A DNA stretch of 63,719 bases, the filler included. It is 8 parts of 8 records of this genome, joined end to end, with 100 filler letters (N's around TTAATTAATTAA, not from the genome) between each part and the next. Parts side by side here need not be neighbours in the genome. Positions count along the whole stretch, not along the records: positions 39,009 to 44,588 come from SRR31156797_14222; positions 44,689 to 50,363 come from SRR31156797_14232; 6 more parts are not named here. One strand, 5' to 3'. Within the stretch, counting starts at the first letter, position 1. Each line of letters begins with the position of its first letter. The notes beneath the pieces are model-generated. The model saw only the letters and a program-made list of their open reading frames with translations. It was not told the DNA's origin and searched no databases. A program made the translations under genes and the position numbers. Of the stretch, positions 39,038 through 48,460 are shown in pieces.

Positions 39038-39802
39038 ATGTTTTTTATTCTTTCAAAAATACTTTCATTTCTGCTTTCGCCTATTTGGTGGATTACGGTT
39101 CTATTGTTGGCTTTTCTAATTTTAAAGAAATATGCTAAACGAAAACGTTTTTTATTTGCAGCGCTGGTTATATTATTGCTGTTTTCCAATCCCTTGTTTT
39201 TTTATCACGTAAGTGGATGGTGGGAAGGAGAACTGCAAAATCCAGCGACTCTGGAGCAACATGATGGCATTATCTTATTAGGAGGATTATCTAATTATCG
39301 TTCGAAACCGCAACGAATTCATTTTAATTCAAGTGCCGATCGCTTGTTGCAGGCAGTTGAGTTATATAAAAAAGGAAAAGCCAATACCTTCGTTTTTACC
39401 GGAGGTGCAGGCAGTTTGATTGTGCGTGAGAAAAAGGAAGGTGAATATATTAAGGATTACCTGGAATTATTGGATATTCCCAAGGACAGCATTCAGGTTG
39501 AATGGAACTCTCGAAATACACATGAGAATGCAGTTGAAACTTTAAAACTTTTACAGGCGAAGGACAGACAAAACGGACGGTATATTTTGGTTACATCCGG
39601 TTTTCATATGAAAAGGGCTTTGGGATGTTTTCAAAAGCAAGGCATTCTCGTAACTCCATATGCTACGGCTCCTCTGCAAGGAAATTTGCCTCCCGAAAAT
39701 TGGGATAGTTTTACGCCATCAGCTTCCGCATTAGCTACGTGGGAGCAATTATTCAGAGAATGGGTGGGATACTTTGTTTATAAAATGAAAGGGTATGTTT
39801 AA
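39038..39802 (+). CDS. YdcF/DUF218 (ElyC/SanA-like) membrane protein
   Basis: ILLGG, FTGG, SRNTHENA, LVTSGFHMKRA and REWVG motifs. Confidence 0.9.
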   Translation: MFFILSKILSFLLSPIWWITVLLLAFLILKKYAKRKRFLFAALVILLLFSNPLFFYHVSGWWEGELQNPATLEQHDGIILLGGLSNYRSKPQRIHFNSSADRLLQAVELYKKGKANTFVFTGGAGSLIVREKKEGEYIKDYLELLDIPKDSIQVEWNSRNTHENAVETLKLLQAKDRQNGRYILVTSGFHMKRALGCFQKQGILVTPYATAPLQGNLPPENWDSFTPSASALATWEQLFREWVGYFVYKMKGYV

Positions 39803-39803
39803 C

Positions 39804-39922
39804 AGCTATTAGTTTTTAGTCATTGGCTATTGGTCAATTGTCATTAGGCTGTAAAAACTGCTAACTACCTTCTGCTAATTGTTTACTGAAGACTGTTTAC
39901 TGCTAACTGAAAACTGTCCACT
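39804..39922. repeat. Degenerate heptamer tandem arrays
   Basis: ctattag-tttttag-tcattgg-ctattgg-tcaattg-tcattag, then (actgNNN) repeated about 9 times. Confidence 0.8.
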
Positions 39923-39968
39923 CTTTTTCTTATTTTTGCAGGATATTTACTACACAGATACAGAATAG

Positions 39969-41948
39969 ATGAATTTTAAACCGGAGTTGTTGATCCCGGC
40001 AGGGAACATTGAGTCGTTTCATGCGGCAGTAGAAGGTGGAGCGGATGCTATTTTTTTAGGCTTAAAGCAGTTTAATGCGCGCGGACGTGCGGTAAACTTT
40101 TCAAATCCACAGTTAATTACCATGTTGGATATAGCCGAAAAGAATAATGTAAAAATATACGTTACGCTGAATACGGTGATCAAAAACCATGAAATTCCGG
40201 AATTGTTGGATGTACTGAATTTTCTATCGCAGACTAAAGTAAGCGCGGTGATTATTCAGGATTGGGGTATCTGGTATCTGGCTAAAAAGTTTTTTCCAAA
40301 GTTGGTGATTCATGCCAGCACGCAAATGGCGAATCATAATTCCGTAGGTGCTAATTTCTCAAAAAAGGCAGGAATTGAGCGAGTGATTCTGGCCAGGGAA
40401 TTAACGCATCAGGAGTTGGAAATCATCATGCAAAAAACACAGAGTGAAATTGAGATTTTTGTGCATGGGGCTTTGTGTTACTCTTTTTCAGGATTGTGTT
40501 TGTTTAGTAGTTACCTGGGAGGAAAGGGTGCTAACAGAGGTCAATGTACCCAGCCTTGCCGAAGGGTTTTTAAGGATAATGGAAAGGATCATGCTATTTT
40601 CTCCTTAAAAGATAATCAGCAAATAAAATTGGTGCCCGATTTTGCTAAAATGAAGGTGGCCTCATTGAAAATTGAGGGGAGAATGAAATCGGCAGCTTAT
40701 GTGTATCGTGTTGCCCAGGCTTATAGAATGGCTATCGATAATCATCAGAAATTGACGGAAGCAGAGGAGATGCTGAAGTGGGATTTTGGTCGCGAGAAAA
40801 CCGCTTATTTCATGGGAGGTAAAGTAAAGGGAGCTATCTCTGATAATACGAATAACGGTATCTTTTTAGGGTTAGTGAAAAAACTAACTGAAGATGGTTT
40901 TATGGTAGATGCCAGTATGGAGCTTGAAAAGGGACAGCAGTTGCGTGTGGTAAATAAGGTAGGTGAATCGGTTTCCGTAAAGGTAAAAGAGTTGGAAAAA
41001 AGTGGTGCAGCTACCCATGTTTTTACCACAAAAAGTATTCGCAAAGGCGATGATGTTTATTTGATTGGTTTGCCATCGAAGAACTTCCCGAATAAATTTG
41101 AAGAATTAAAACATCAAAATATTAAGCCTGTAAGTGGTGCTTATAAACGTAAAATAAGGCAGGATATTCAAATACGAAATCAGCAAAGTAGCCGAAACGA
41201 GTTTTTTGTTCGTATTGATAATGTGGATTGGCTTCGTAAACTACGAGTTGACGATTTTAAAGGTATCTTTTTAGATGTTTCGAAAAAGGATTGGCGAAAA
41301 ATTCCATTCGATAGTCCTTTCTTTAAAAAGAATTCGTTTCGTTTTTATGTGGAACTTCCTGGTTTTATTCCGGAAACTCACCTGGATGAGTTAAAACAGG
41401 ATATCAAATGGATTACCCGTAAGGGCATAAAGAATTTTGTAATTAGTCATCTGTCACAATTAGATATTTTACCTAAAGGTTGTAAGGTGATTACCAATGA
41501 GAGGGTGTATGTATATAATGATGCGGCTATTCGTGGTATCAAATCGTTTGGCGTGCAGCATGTGACTTATCCGGTTGAAAACGATTTTGAAAACCTGCAA
41601 AAAGGATCTTCGAGAGATGGCATTATACCAGTTTATGCTAATCCAGAATTGTTTTTTGCCCGTATGCCGGTTGAGGTGTATCATCCCGAAAACGAATTTA
41701 TGGATAACACGGATAAAGAGTTTAAGCGTTTTATCCGAAATGGAATGACATCTGTATATTCGAAAACCCCGGTTGCCTTAATGCAATACGCCAAAGCGCT
41801 GAATAAAGAAGGCTTTTTCCGATTTATGTTTGATTTAAGAACCGAAGCGCCTTCGAAACATTTACCGGTAAAATTATTTAAAAAGTTTAAAGCTTCGGAG
41901 CAATTGCAGCCTTCCACTACCTTTAATTTTAAAAGAGGATTAAGCTAG
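39969..41948 (+). CDS. U32 peptidase-family Fe-S protein (RlhA-like 23S rRNA hydroxylation protein)
   Basis: PELLIPAG, HASTQ, LARE, CYSFSGLC...RGQCTQPCRR and LKIEGRMK motifs with a long C-terminal extension. Confidence 0.85.
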   Translation: MNFKPELLIPAGNIESFHAAVEGGADAIFLGLKQFNARGRAVNFSNPQLITMLDIAEKNNVKIYVTLNTVIKNHEIPELLDVLNFLSQTKVSAVIIQDWGIWYLAKKFFPKLVIHASTQMANHNSVGANFSKKAGIERVILARELTHQELEIIMQKTQSEIEIFVHGALCYSFSGLCLFSSYLGGKGANRGQCTQPCRRVFKDNGKDHAIFSLKDNQQIKLVPDFAKMKVASLKIEGRMKSAAYVYRVAQAYRMAIDNHQKLTEAEEMLKWDFGREKTAYFMGGKVKGAISDNTNNGIFLGLVKKLTEDGFMVDASMELEKGQQLRVVNKVGESVSVKVKELEKSGAATHVFTTKSIRKGDDVYLIGLPSKNFPNKFEELKHQNIKPVSGAYKRKIRQDIQIRNQQSSRNEFFVRIDNVDWLRKLRVDDFKGIFLDVSKKDWRKIPFDSPFFKKNSFRFYVELPGFIPETHLDELKQDIKWITRKGIKNFVISHLSQLDILPKGCKVITNERVYVYNDAAIRGIKSFGVQHVTYPVENDFENLQKGSSRDGIIPVYANPELFFARMPVEVYHPENEFMDNTDKEFKRFIRNGMTSVYSKTPVALMQYAKALNKEGFFRFMFDLRTEAPSKHLPVKLFKKFKASEQLQPSTTFNFKRGLS

Positions 41949-42019
41949 GCAGTTATCAGTGAACAGTTAACTGTAATCGGTTAATATTGGATTTTGTATA
42001 CAGTAGGATTTTGGGTTTT

Positions 42020-42251
42020 GAAGCTTTGCTAGTTTGAACAAAGCTTCAAAATTGGAGAGCGACGTAATTTTCATACGAGCAAAGCTCGAAAAATCGTCAG
42101 CAAAGCAAATTTCATATAAACAAACCTTATTTTTTTAAAAAGTGGAGCTTTGTCTGTATGTACAAAGCTTCGCTGGCAAAAAGTTACCCTTTGGTCATTT
42201 GCCCAAAGCTCCGCCGACAAAAAGTTGACCTTTGGGTAAATAACCAAACCT
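42020..42251. repeat. Six degenerate units with 41-bp period, four containing CTTTG-N10-CAAA(G/C) palindromes
   Basis: CAAA(G/C)C recurs at 42039, 42080, 42121, 42163, 42204 and 42245. Confidence 0.75.
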
Positions 42252-42345
42252 AAATGAACTTCTATTTATTACTACAACTAACTAATGATCTAACGACCTA
42301 TTATCCTTATGACCTAATTAGTGACCAATAGCTAATCTAAAATCC

Positions 42346-42373
42346 CCATTCATCCCGAAAAAACAACCATTCG
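42346..42373 (+). promoter_or_regulatory. Candidate LytTR-type direct repeat upstream of TonB-dependent receptor
   Basis: CCATTCA (42346) and CCATTCG (42367), 21-bp period. Confidence 0.55.
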
Positions 42374-42438
42374 GTAATTCCTTTTTTCTAAAGCCTTGCA
42401 TTGTTGGCAATTTTGAACTGTCATTAAAAACTAATGCA

Positions 42439-44588
42439 ATGCGAATACTTCTTAGCTTATTATTCATAGTATCATCTATACCCATGTTGGCTCAAACTGA
42501 AGTCAGCGGAAGGGTGACTGATAAAAAAGGGGAGCCTTTGGTAGGAGTAAATATTTATTTTAAAGATACCTATGATGGCACCATCACTGATGCAGAAGGA
42601 TATTTTCAAGCAGCCTCCTCCGAACCTGGTGAGTTAATATTAATTGCCCGTTTTGTAGGATATAAATCCTTTGAACAAGCCTTAAATGAAGGTTCCCATA
42701 CTTTAAATATTGTATTAAAAGAAAGTGCTCAGAGTCTGGAAGCCGTAACGGTTACTGCCGGTAGTTTTGCTGCCGGTGATAAACACAAAGCGTCGCTAAT
42801 GAAATCGTTAGACATATATACTACGGCAGGTTCATTAGGCGATGTTTCCAGTGCACTGAATACATTGCCGGGAACGCAACAGGCAAGCGATGATGGGCGT
42901 TTGTTGGTGCGTGGAGGCGAGGCTTACGAAACCAAAACGGTGATTGATGGAGTGTTGGCTGGTAAACCGTATTATTCTAAAGTGCCGGATGCACCTACCC
43001 GGGGACGTTTTTCACCTTCTCTTTTTTCAGGTGTCATGTTTAATACGGGCGGATATTCAGCAGAGTATGGTCAGGCTTTATCCTCGGTATTGGTTTTAGA
43101 AAGCAATGATTTGTTTACAGAGGATGTATTGTCACTTTCGTTTATGAGTATTGGCGGAGAAGTAAATTATACCGAATCGTGGCAAAATAATTCGTTATCA
43201 GTTTTGGGGAGCTATATCAATTTCGCACCATATGTGGGACTCATCAATACTAAATTCGATTATGAAAAACCTACGGAGTCCTTTAGTGGGAGTTTGATTT
43301 ATCGTTATAAAACGAAAAAGAATGGAATGGTAAAAGCTTATTTTACCAGCGATGCCGGAAAAACAAGATTTAGAAGTGATTCAGGTGTTGAAGGGCAGCA
43401 ATATATAACCCAATCCCAAAATAATAATTACTATGGAAATGTTACTGTTCGTCAGCCTTTAAATAATAAAACATCCTTAAAAGCGGGAGCTTCAGTTACT
43501 TTGGATAATCCGGATATTATTTATCATACCCAACATATTCAGAATAAGGAAACCAACCTGGAAAGTCGAATATTGCTGGTGCATGAATTGGCCGATGGTC
43601 TTAAATTCAAATATGGGATAAGTAATACGGCTACTGATTTTTTGCAACACTATCAGGCACATCCCGATTCAGTAAAATATAAACCTTCTTATACCGATTT
43701 TTTGACCGGAGTTTTTACTGAAGCACAGTGGCAGATTTCTAAAAATGTGGCACTTTCTGCCGGATTAAGATATGAGTATTCCTCTTTATTAAATAAGAGT
43801 AGTATGGTACCCCGGTTAGGTATGGCCGTTGCTACCGGAAAAAGAAGTCAGCTTACAGCTTCGTACGGTCATTTCTATCAGAATCCGCAAAGCGATGAAC
43901 TAAAGTTTACCGATCAATTAGATTTTGAGAAAGCAGCGCATTACATTCTGGGTTTTCAGTCCGGAAGTACTGATAAACGATTTTTTAGGATAGAATCATA
44001 TTATAAAAAGTACACTAATCTGGTTAAATATGGTTCGGGAGAATATTATAATCCAACTTATTATTCTAATTCCGGAAAAGGAGATGCTTTGGGGTTGGAT
44101 ATGTTTTGGAGAGATAATGTTTCTGTTAAATTCCTGGATTATTGGATATCCTATTCTTATATCGATACCCAAAGAGAGTATAAGTACTACGATTTTATGG
44201 CAAAGCCTTCTTATATATCCAATCATAATTTTTCGGCTGTAGGAAAATACTGGATTCACAAGTTAAATTGTCAGGTTGGCGCTACTTATTGGTTATCTAG
44301 TGGAAGAAACTGGTACGAACAAACCAATAATAACTTGATAACTCATAAAGGCGCTTTGACTAATCAACTGGATTTAAACTTAAGTTATATCACGCAAATA
44401 GCGGGAAACCAAACAATACTTCACCTTTCATTGTCCAATGTATTGGGAACAGATCAGGTATTTGGTTACCGCCAGGGACCTATCCGTAATAACGACGGAA
44501 GCGCTCACTACCTACCAATTTCAAACAACATTAAGCAGTTTGCCTTTGTAGGATTATTTATTAACCCGAGTTCGATTCTAAAAAAGAG
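42439..44588 (+). CDS. TonB-dependent receptor with N-terminal CarboxypepD_reg-like domain (3'-truncated)
   Basis: Signal peptide, SGRVTD..GEPLVGVNI, plug LPG..VRGG, GGYSAEYGQALSS and barrel strands. Confidence 0.92.
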
Positions 44589-44688
44589 NNNNNNNNNNNN
44601 NNNNNNNNNNNNNNNNNNNNNNNNNNNNNNNNTTAATTAATTAANNNNNNNNNNNNNNNNNNNNNNNNNNNNNNNNNNNNNNNNNNNN

Positions 44689-44835
44689 TAAACTGTCTCT
44701 TCAGCTCTTCCACTTTTTTTGGTTCTGGATAGTCAGAGAGCTGTCCTGGATATTGCCAGGTGTGAGGCTTAAAATTTCACCGGTGCGCATATCACCTCTC
44801 GCCATAAGTTCCAGTATCAGCCTGTTTCGGTTACG
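44689..44835 (-). pseudogene. Frameshifted tyrosine-recombinase fragment
   Basis: RNRLILELMARGDMRTGEILSLTPGNI is box-I-like. Removing one base from the A7 run (44714-44720) continues as NQKSGRAEETV. Confidence 0.75.
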
Positions 44836-44993
44836 TTATCACAACGTTAAAGCTTTAAGGTGGTAATATTCGTAAACTGCAGCCATATCCGTTTATATGG
44901 TTAACGGTTTCCCCTGCTTTAGCAATCAATTAAGGCCCGTGTTCCCATCGGGTGTGCTGCATATGACGATAAATCTATTGCGCCCCCCTTGCG

Positions 44994-45082
44994 ATGCAAA
45001 ATATTTGCATTACAATATATGAATTGTCGAATATATAGGCTAATATGCTTGCGCGGTTGCAGTGAGTGCAATTGAGTTGCAC
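44994..45082. promoter_or_regulatory. Two candidate Zur boxes
   Basis: 17-bp palindromes ATGCAA-AATAT-TTGCAT (44994-45010) and GTGCAA-TTGAG-TTGCAC (45066-45082) upstream of znuA. Confidence 0.75.
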
Positions 45083-45125
45083 ATTAAATGGCTTGCAGTA
45101 TTAACTTAATTTGAAGGAGAAGGAA

Positions 45126-46055
45126 ATGTATCAAAATGTTCGTAGTTTTTTACTTTTCTTAGTTGTGACATGGGTGATGCCGGTGACCTGTTTTGCATCA
45201 GGCCAGCTCCCTGTATTTGTCAGCATCGTACCCCAAAAATACTTTGTGCAACAAATTGGCAAGGATTTGGTGGATATTCAAGTCATGGTCTTGCCCGGTG
45301 CCAGTCCTGCAACATATGAACCCAAACCCCAGCAGATGGCTGCTCTTTCAAAGACCAAAATTTATTTTACCATCGGTGTCCCGTTCGAAAACGCATGGCT
45401 GGAAAAAATCACCGACTCAAATCCCAACATGCGGATAATCGATACGGATCAAGGTATCGAAAAGCTCCCCATGGAGGCTCACCACCATGATAATGACCAC
45501 GCAAAAGAACATCATGAAGGCCTACACCATGATGAGGCCGCGCACGATGAAGAGCATCATGATCAAGCCGGGCTTGACCCTCACATCTGGTTGTCGCCAA
45601 CGCTCGTGAAAATCCAGGCCCGAAACATACTGAACGCACTACTGGAGGCCGACCCAGCGCATCGGAGTGTTTATGAAGCCAACTTCAAGAAATTTATAGA
45701 AAAACTAGACCAATTGGACACTGATTTCAAAAAAACTTTCGCAGGGAAAAAGGGGCTGCAGTTCATGGTATTTCATCCAGCCTGGGGATATTTTGCCCAT
45801 GACTATGGGCTGCAACAGGTTCCCATCGAGATTGAAGGCAAGAGCCCAAAACCTGCCCAGTTGAAGAAATTGGTCCAACATGCCAGGGAAAGCCGGATAA
45901 AGATAATTTTTGTCCAACCCCAGTTTTCAGTCAAAGATGCTGAAGTCGTGGCCCAGGAGATTGGCGGCCAAGTAGTTTTTGCCAATCCTTTAGCTGAAAA
46001 TTGGATGGACAATTTGCATCAAGTCGCAGCTAAATTCCAGGCAGCGCTGAAATAA
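45126..46055 (+). CDS. znuA: Zinc ABC transporter substrate-binding protein with His-rich loop
   Basis: PGASPATYEP, HHHDNDHAKEHHEGLHH, DPHIWLSP and FHPAWGYFA motifs. Confidence 0.93.
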   Translation: MYQNVRSFLLFLVVTWVMPVTCFASGQLPVFVSIVPQKYFVQQIGKDLVDIQVMVLPGASPATYEPKPQQMAALSKTKIYFTIGVPFENAWLEKITDSNPNMRIIDTDQGIEKLPMEAHHHDNDHAKEHHEGLHHDEAAHDEEHHDQAGLDPHIWLSPTLVKIQARNILNALLEADPAHRSVYEANFKKFIEKLDQLDTDFKKTFAGKKGLQFMVFHPAWGYFAHDYGLQQVPIEIEGKSPKPAQLKKLVQHARESRIKIIFVQPQFSVKDAEVVAQEIGGQVVFANPLAENWMDNLHQVAAKFQAALK

Positions 46056-46071
46056 TATAAATGGGCTTCCC

Positions 46072-46851
46072 ATGGCGATTATCGAAATAAATAATCTTGA
46101 TTTTACCTACAACAGAGAAACTATCCTAAAGGATGTGAATCTTGCCGTTCCGGAGAAGGATTTTGTCGCGATTATCGGTCCCAACGGCGGTGGCAAGACC
46201 ACCCTGTTGAAACTGATTTTAGGGTTGCTAACGCCGGATAAGGGGACAATCCTCATCGATGGGAAACTTCCCCAGAAGGCTTCATCGTGCATAGGCTACG
46301 TACCGCAGGATATCCATTTGAACCAAAGCTTTCCTATCACTGCCATCGACGTGGTGCTGATGGGAAAGCTTGATCCCAAACACCGTTTGTCTCGAAGATC
46401 CGCTGCTAATCGCTGTGATGCCTTGGCAGCTCTCGAACGTATGGATATGAAAGCCTATGCTGACAAGAAAATCGGTACGCTTTCCGGAGGTCAACGCCAA
46501 AGGGTCTTCATTGCCAGGGCATTGGTGACTAAGCCCAAGCTGCTTTTATTGGACGAACCCACCTCCAGTATCGACACTAAGGGGCAGGCGGATTTTTATC
46601 AGCTTCTCCAGGAATTCAACCAAGATATTACTATTTTAGTGATCAGCCATGACCTGCTGGTTGTATCCCGTTATGTGAAATCGGTAGCCTGCGTCAACAA
46701 AAAACTGCATTATCATGACCAGGCTGAAATAACCGGCGATATGCTGGAGGCCATGTATCCTTGCACCGCCGAGGAGGTTTGTCCCGTAGAATTGGTAGCC
46801 CACGGTCTGCCCCACCGAGTACTATCAGAACATGAGAACCAATCGTTATGA
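46072..46851 (+). CDS. znuC: Zinc ABC transporter ATPase
   Basis: GPNGGGKTT, LSGGQRQR and LLDEP motifs. C-terminal CPVELVAHG. Confidence 0.93.
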   Translation: MAIIEINNLDFTYNRETILKDVNLAVPEKDFVAIIGPNGGGKTTLLKLILGLLTPDKGTILIDGKLPQKASSCIGYVPQDIHLNQSFPITAIDVVLMGKLDPKHRLSRRSAANRCDALAALERMDMKAYADKKIGTLSGGQRQRVFIARALVTKPKLLLLDEPTSSIDTKGQADFYQLLQEFNQDITILVISHDLLVVSRYVKSVACVNKKLHYHDQAEITGDMLEAMYPCTAEEVCPVELVAHGLPHRVLSEHENQSL

Positions 46852-47678
46852 TTGAAGCCCTGCAATTTGAATTCATGCGCAATGCCCTGGCTGCGGGCCT
46901 GCTGGCCAGCGTAATTTGTGGTATCATAGGCACTCTGGTAGTGGTCAACCGAATCGTCTTTCTTTCCGGTGGCATCGCCCACGCCGCATATGGTGGTATT
47001 GGGCTGGCGTCATTTTTCAAATGGCCCTATTTGCCAAGCACAATCGCTTTTTCCCTGTTCGCTGCTATGCTCATGGCTTCTGTGAGCTACAAGATGAAGC
47101 ACCGGGCCGATACGGTCATCGGCGTTATATGGGCTCTTGGAATGGCGCTGGGCATAATTCTCGTTGACTTGACACCTGGGTATAACGTGGATCTGATGAG
47201 CTATCTGTTCGGCAGTATACTCGCTGTTCCCAGGTCGGATCTGTTCTTCATGACATTTATCGGCATTGCGATGATACTCCTTGTGACCTATTATTATCAG
47301 GATCTGCTGGCCATCTCCTATGATGAGGAGTTCGCCAAAATCAGGGGGGTACCGGTTAAAGAGCTCTACTTTGTATTGATCGGCATGTTGGCTGTTACCG
47401 TTGTTCTGGTCATCCAGGTCGTCGGTCTCATTTTGGTCATTGCCCTGTTGACGATTCCACCTTTTATGGTTGAAAAATATGCAAAATCACTTTTTCAGAT
47501 GATGGTGGCGTCCAGCTTACTTGGAGCAGCTTTTACGGTTACCGGACTCTGGCTCTCGTATCAGTACAACCTCACATCAGGCGCTTCGATTATACTGGTT
47601 GCAGGTGTTGTGTTTTTGATTTCCCTGCTTGTAGATAAAATACGTTCTGCTTGCCACAGAGCACCAAATGTGTCATGA
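46848..47678 (+). CDS. znuB: Zinc ABC transporter permease
   Basis: GGIAHAAYGG, YLFGSIL and SYDEEFA motifs; multiple TM helices. Confidence 0.93.
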   Translation: MIEALQFEFMRNALAAGLLASVICGIIGTLVVVNRIVFLSGGIAHAAYGGIGLASFFKWPYLPSTIAFSLFAAMLMASVSYKMKHRADTVIGVIWALGMALGIILVDLTPGYNVDLMSYLFGSILAVPRSDLFFMTFIGIAMILLVTYYYQDLLAISYDEEFAKIRGVPVKELYFVLIGMLAVTVVLVIQVVGLILVIALLTIPPFMVEKYAKSLFQMMVASSLLGAAFTVTGLWLSYQYNLTSGASIILVAGVVFLISLLVDKIRSACHRAPNVS

Positions 47679-47698
47679 GAAACCTATAAAAACGACTT

Positions 47699-48139
47699 AT
47701 GTGTGACCAATGCAATTATGAAAATCTGTTGTCGAATGCGGATCTGGATGCGACCAAAAATCGTATTCAAGTTCTTGAAATTGTAGGAAATAACACGTTT
47801 CCTCTTTCCGCCGGCGACATCTACGCTATCCTGGAGCGTACCAGTTCTATCAATCGTGTGACGGTCTACCGTATTCTTGATCTATTGGTAGAACATGGTG
47901 TTGTTGATCGTATAAGTACTGGCGGCAGAGCCTTTTACTACGGTATTGCTCCCAACGAACACCATAAACCGCACCCTCACTTTTACTGTAGAATCTGCGG
48001 GCAGATGGACTGTTTAAGCCCCGCAAGTTTAATTGTTGACATCGGCCCTTTATTAAAGACGTATCCCGGAAGGATTGAGAAGGTGGAAATTCGTGTAGAT
48101 GGAATATGTAAAAATTGTGCAAAAGTGGGAAAAAAGTAG
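47699..48139 (+). CDS. zur: Fur-family regulator, probably Zur
   Basis: TVYRILD, HPHFYCRICG and GICKNC motifs; located in the znu operon. Confidence 0.85.
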   Translation: MCDQCNYENLLSNADLDATKNRIQVLEIVGNNTFPLSAGDIYAILERTSSINRVTVYRILDLLVEHGVVDRISTGGRAFYYGIAPNEHHKPHPHFYCRICGQMDCLSPASLIVDIGPLLKTYPGRIEKVEIRVDGICKNCAKVGKK

Positions 48140-48190
48140 GTGTAGTAGTAGGTAAAAATCAAACCAAAAAAACTTCACAAGGAGGATTCC

Positions 48191-48352
48191 ATGGCTAACT
48201 GTTGCGACATGAAAGAAGGTGATCTGTTTGTGTGTGAAAAATGCGGGTTGGAACTCAGTGTCAAAAAGCCTTGCACATGCGATGCTAACGCTCCAGATAC
48301 CTGTTGCACCGTACCACTGCAGTGTTGTGGTCAGGAGATGACGAAAAAGTAA
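48191..48352 (+). CDS. 53-aa Cys-rich metal-binding protein (desulforedoxin/metallothionein-like; not in ORF track)
   Basis: AAGGAGG RBS, then MANCCDMKEGDLFVCEKCGLELSVKKPCTCDANAPDTCCTVPLQCCGQEMTKK (10 Cys), followed by a hairpin. Confidence 0.88.
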   Translation: MANCCDMKEGDLFVCEKCGLELSVKKPCTCDANAPDTCCTVPLQCCGQEMTKK

Positions 48353-48374
48353 AAGTAGAACATCTCCCGCATTA

Positions 48375-48409
48375 AAAGGGCAAAGGTTGTTGCACTACCT
48401 TTGCCCTTT
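48375..48409 (+). terminator. Hairpin after the small Cys-rich gene
   Basis: AAAGGGCAAAGGT-TGTTGCACT-ACCTTTGCCCTTT. Confidence 0.75.
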
Positions 48410-48460
48410 ATTATTTGCGCAAACGACAGTTCAGATAAAAAGACTAATCTCCGAGGAAAT

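Noticed and set aside
42020-42251. CRISPR array
   Set aside because: The whole unit is only 41 nt, the repeats are too degenerate, there are no spacer-length unique segments and no cas genes in the contig.
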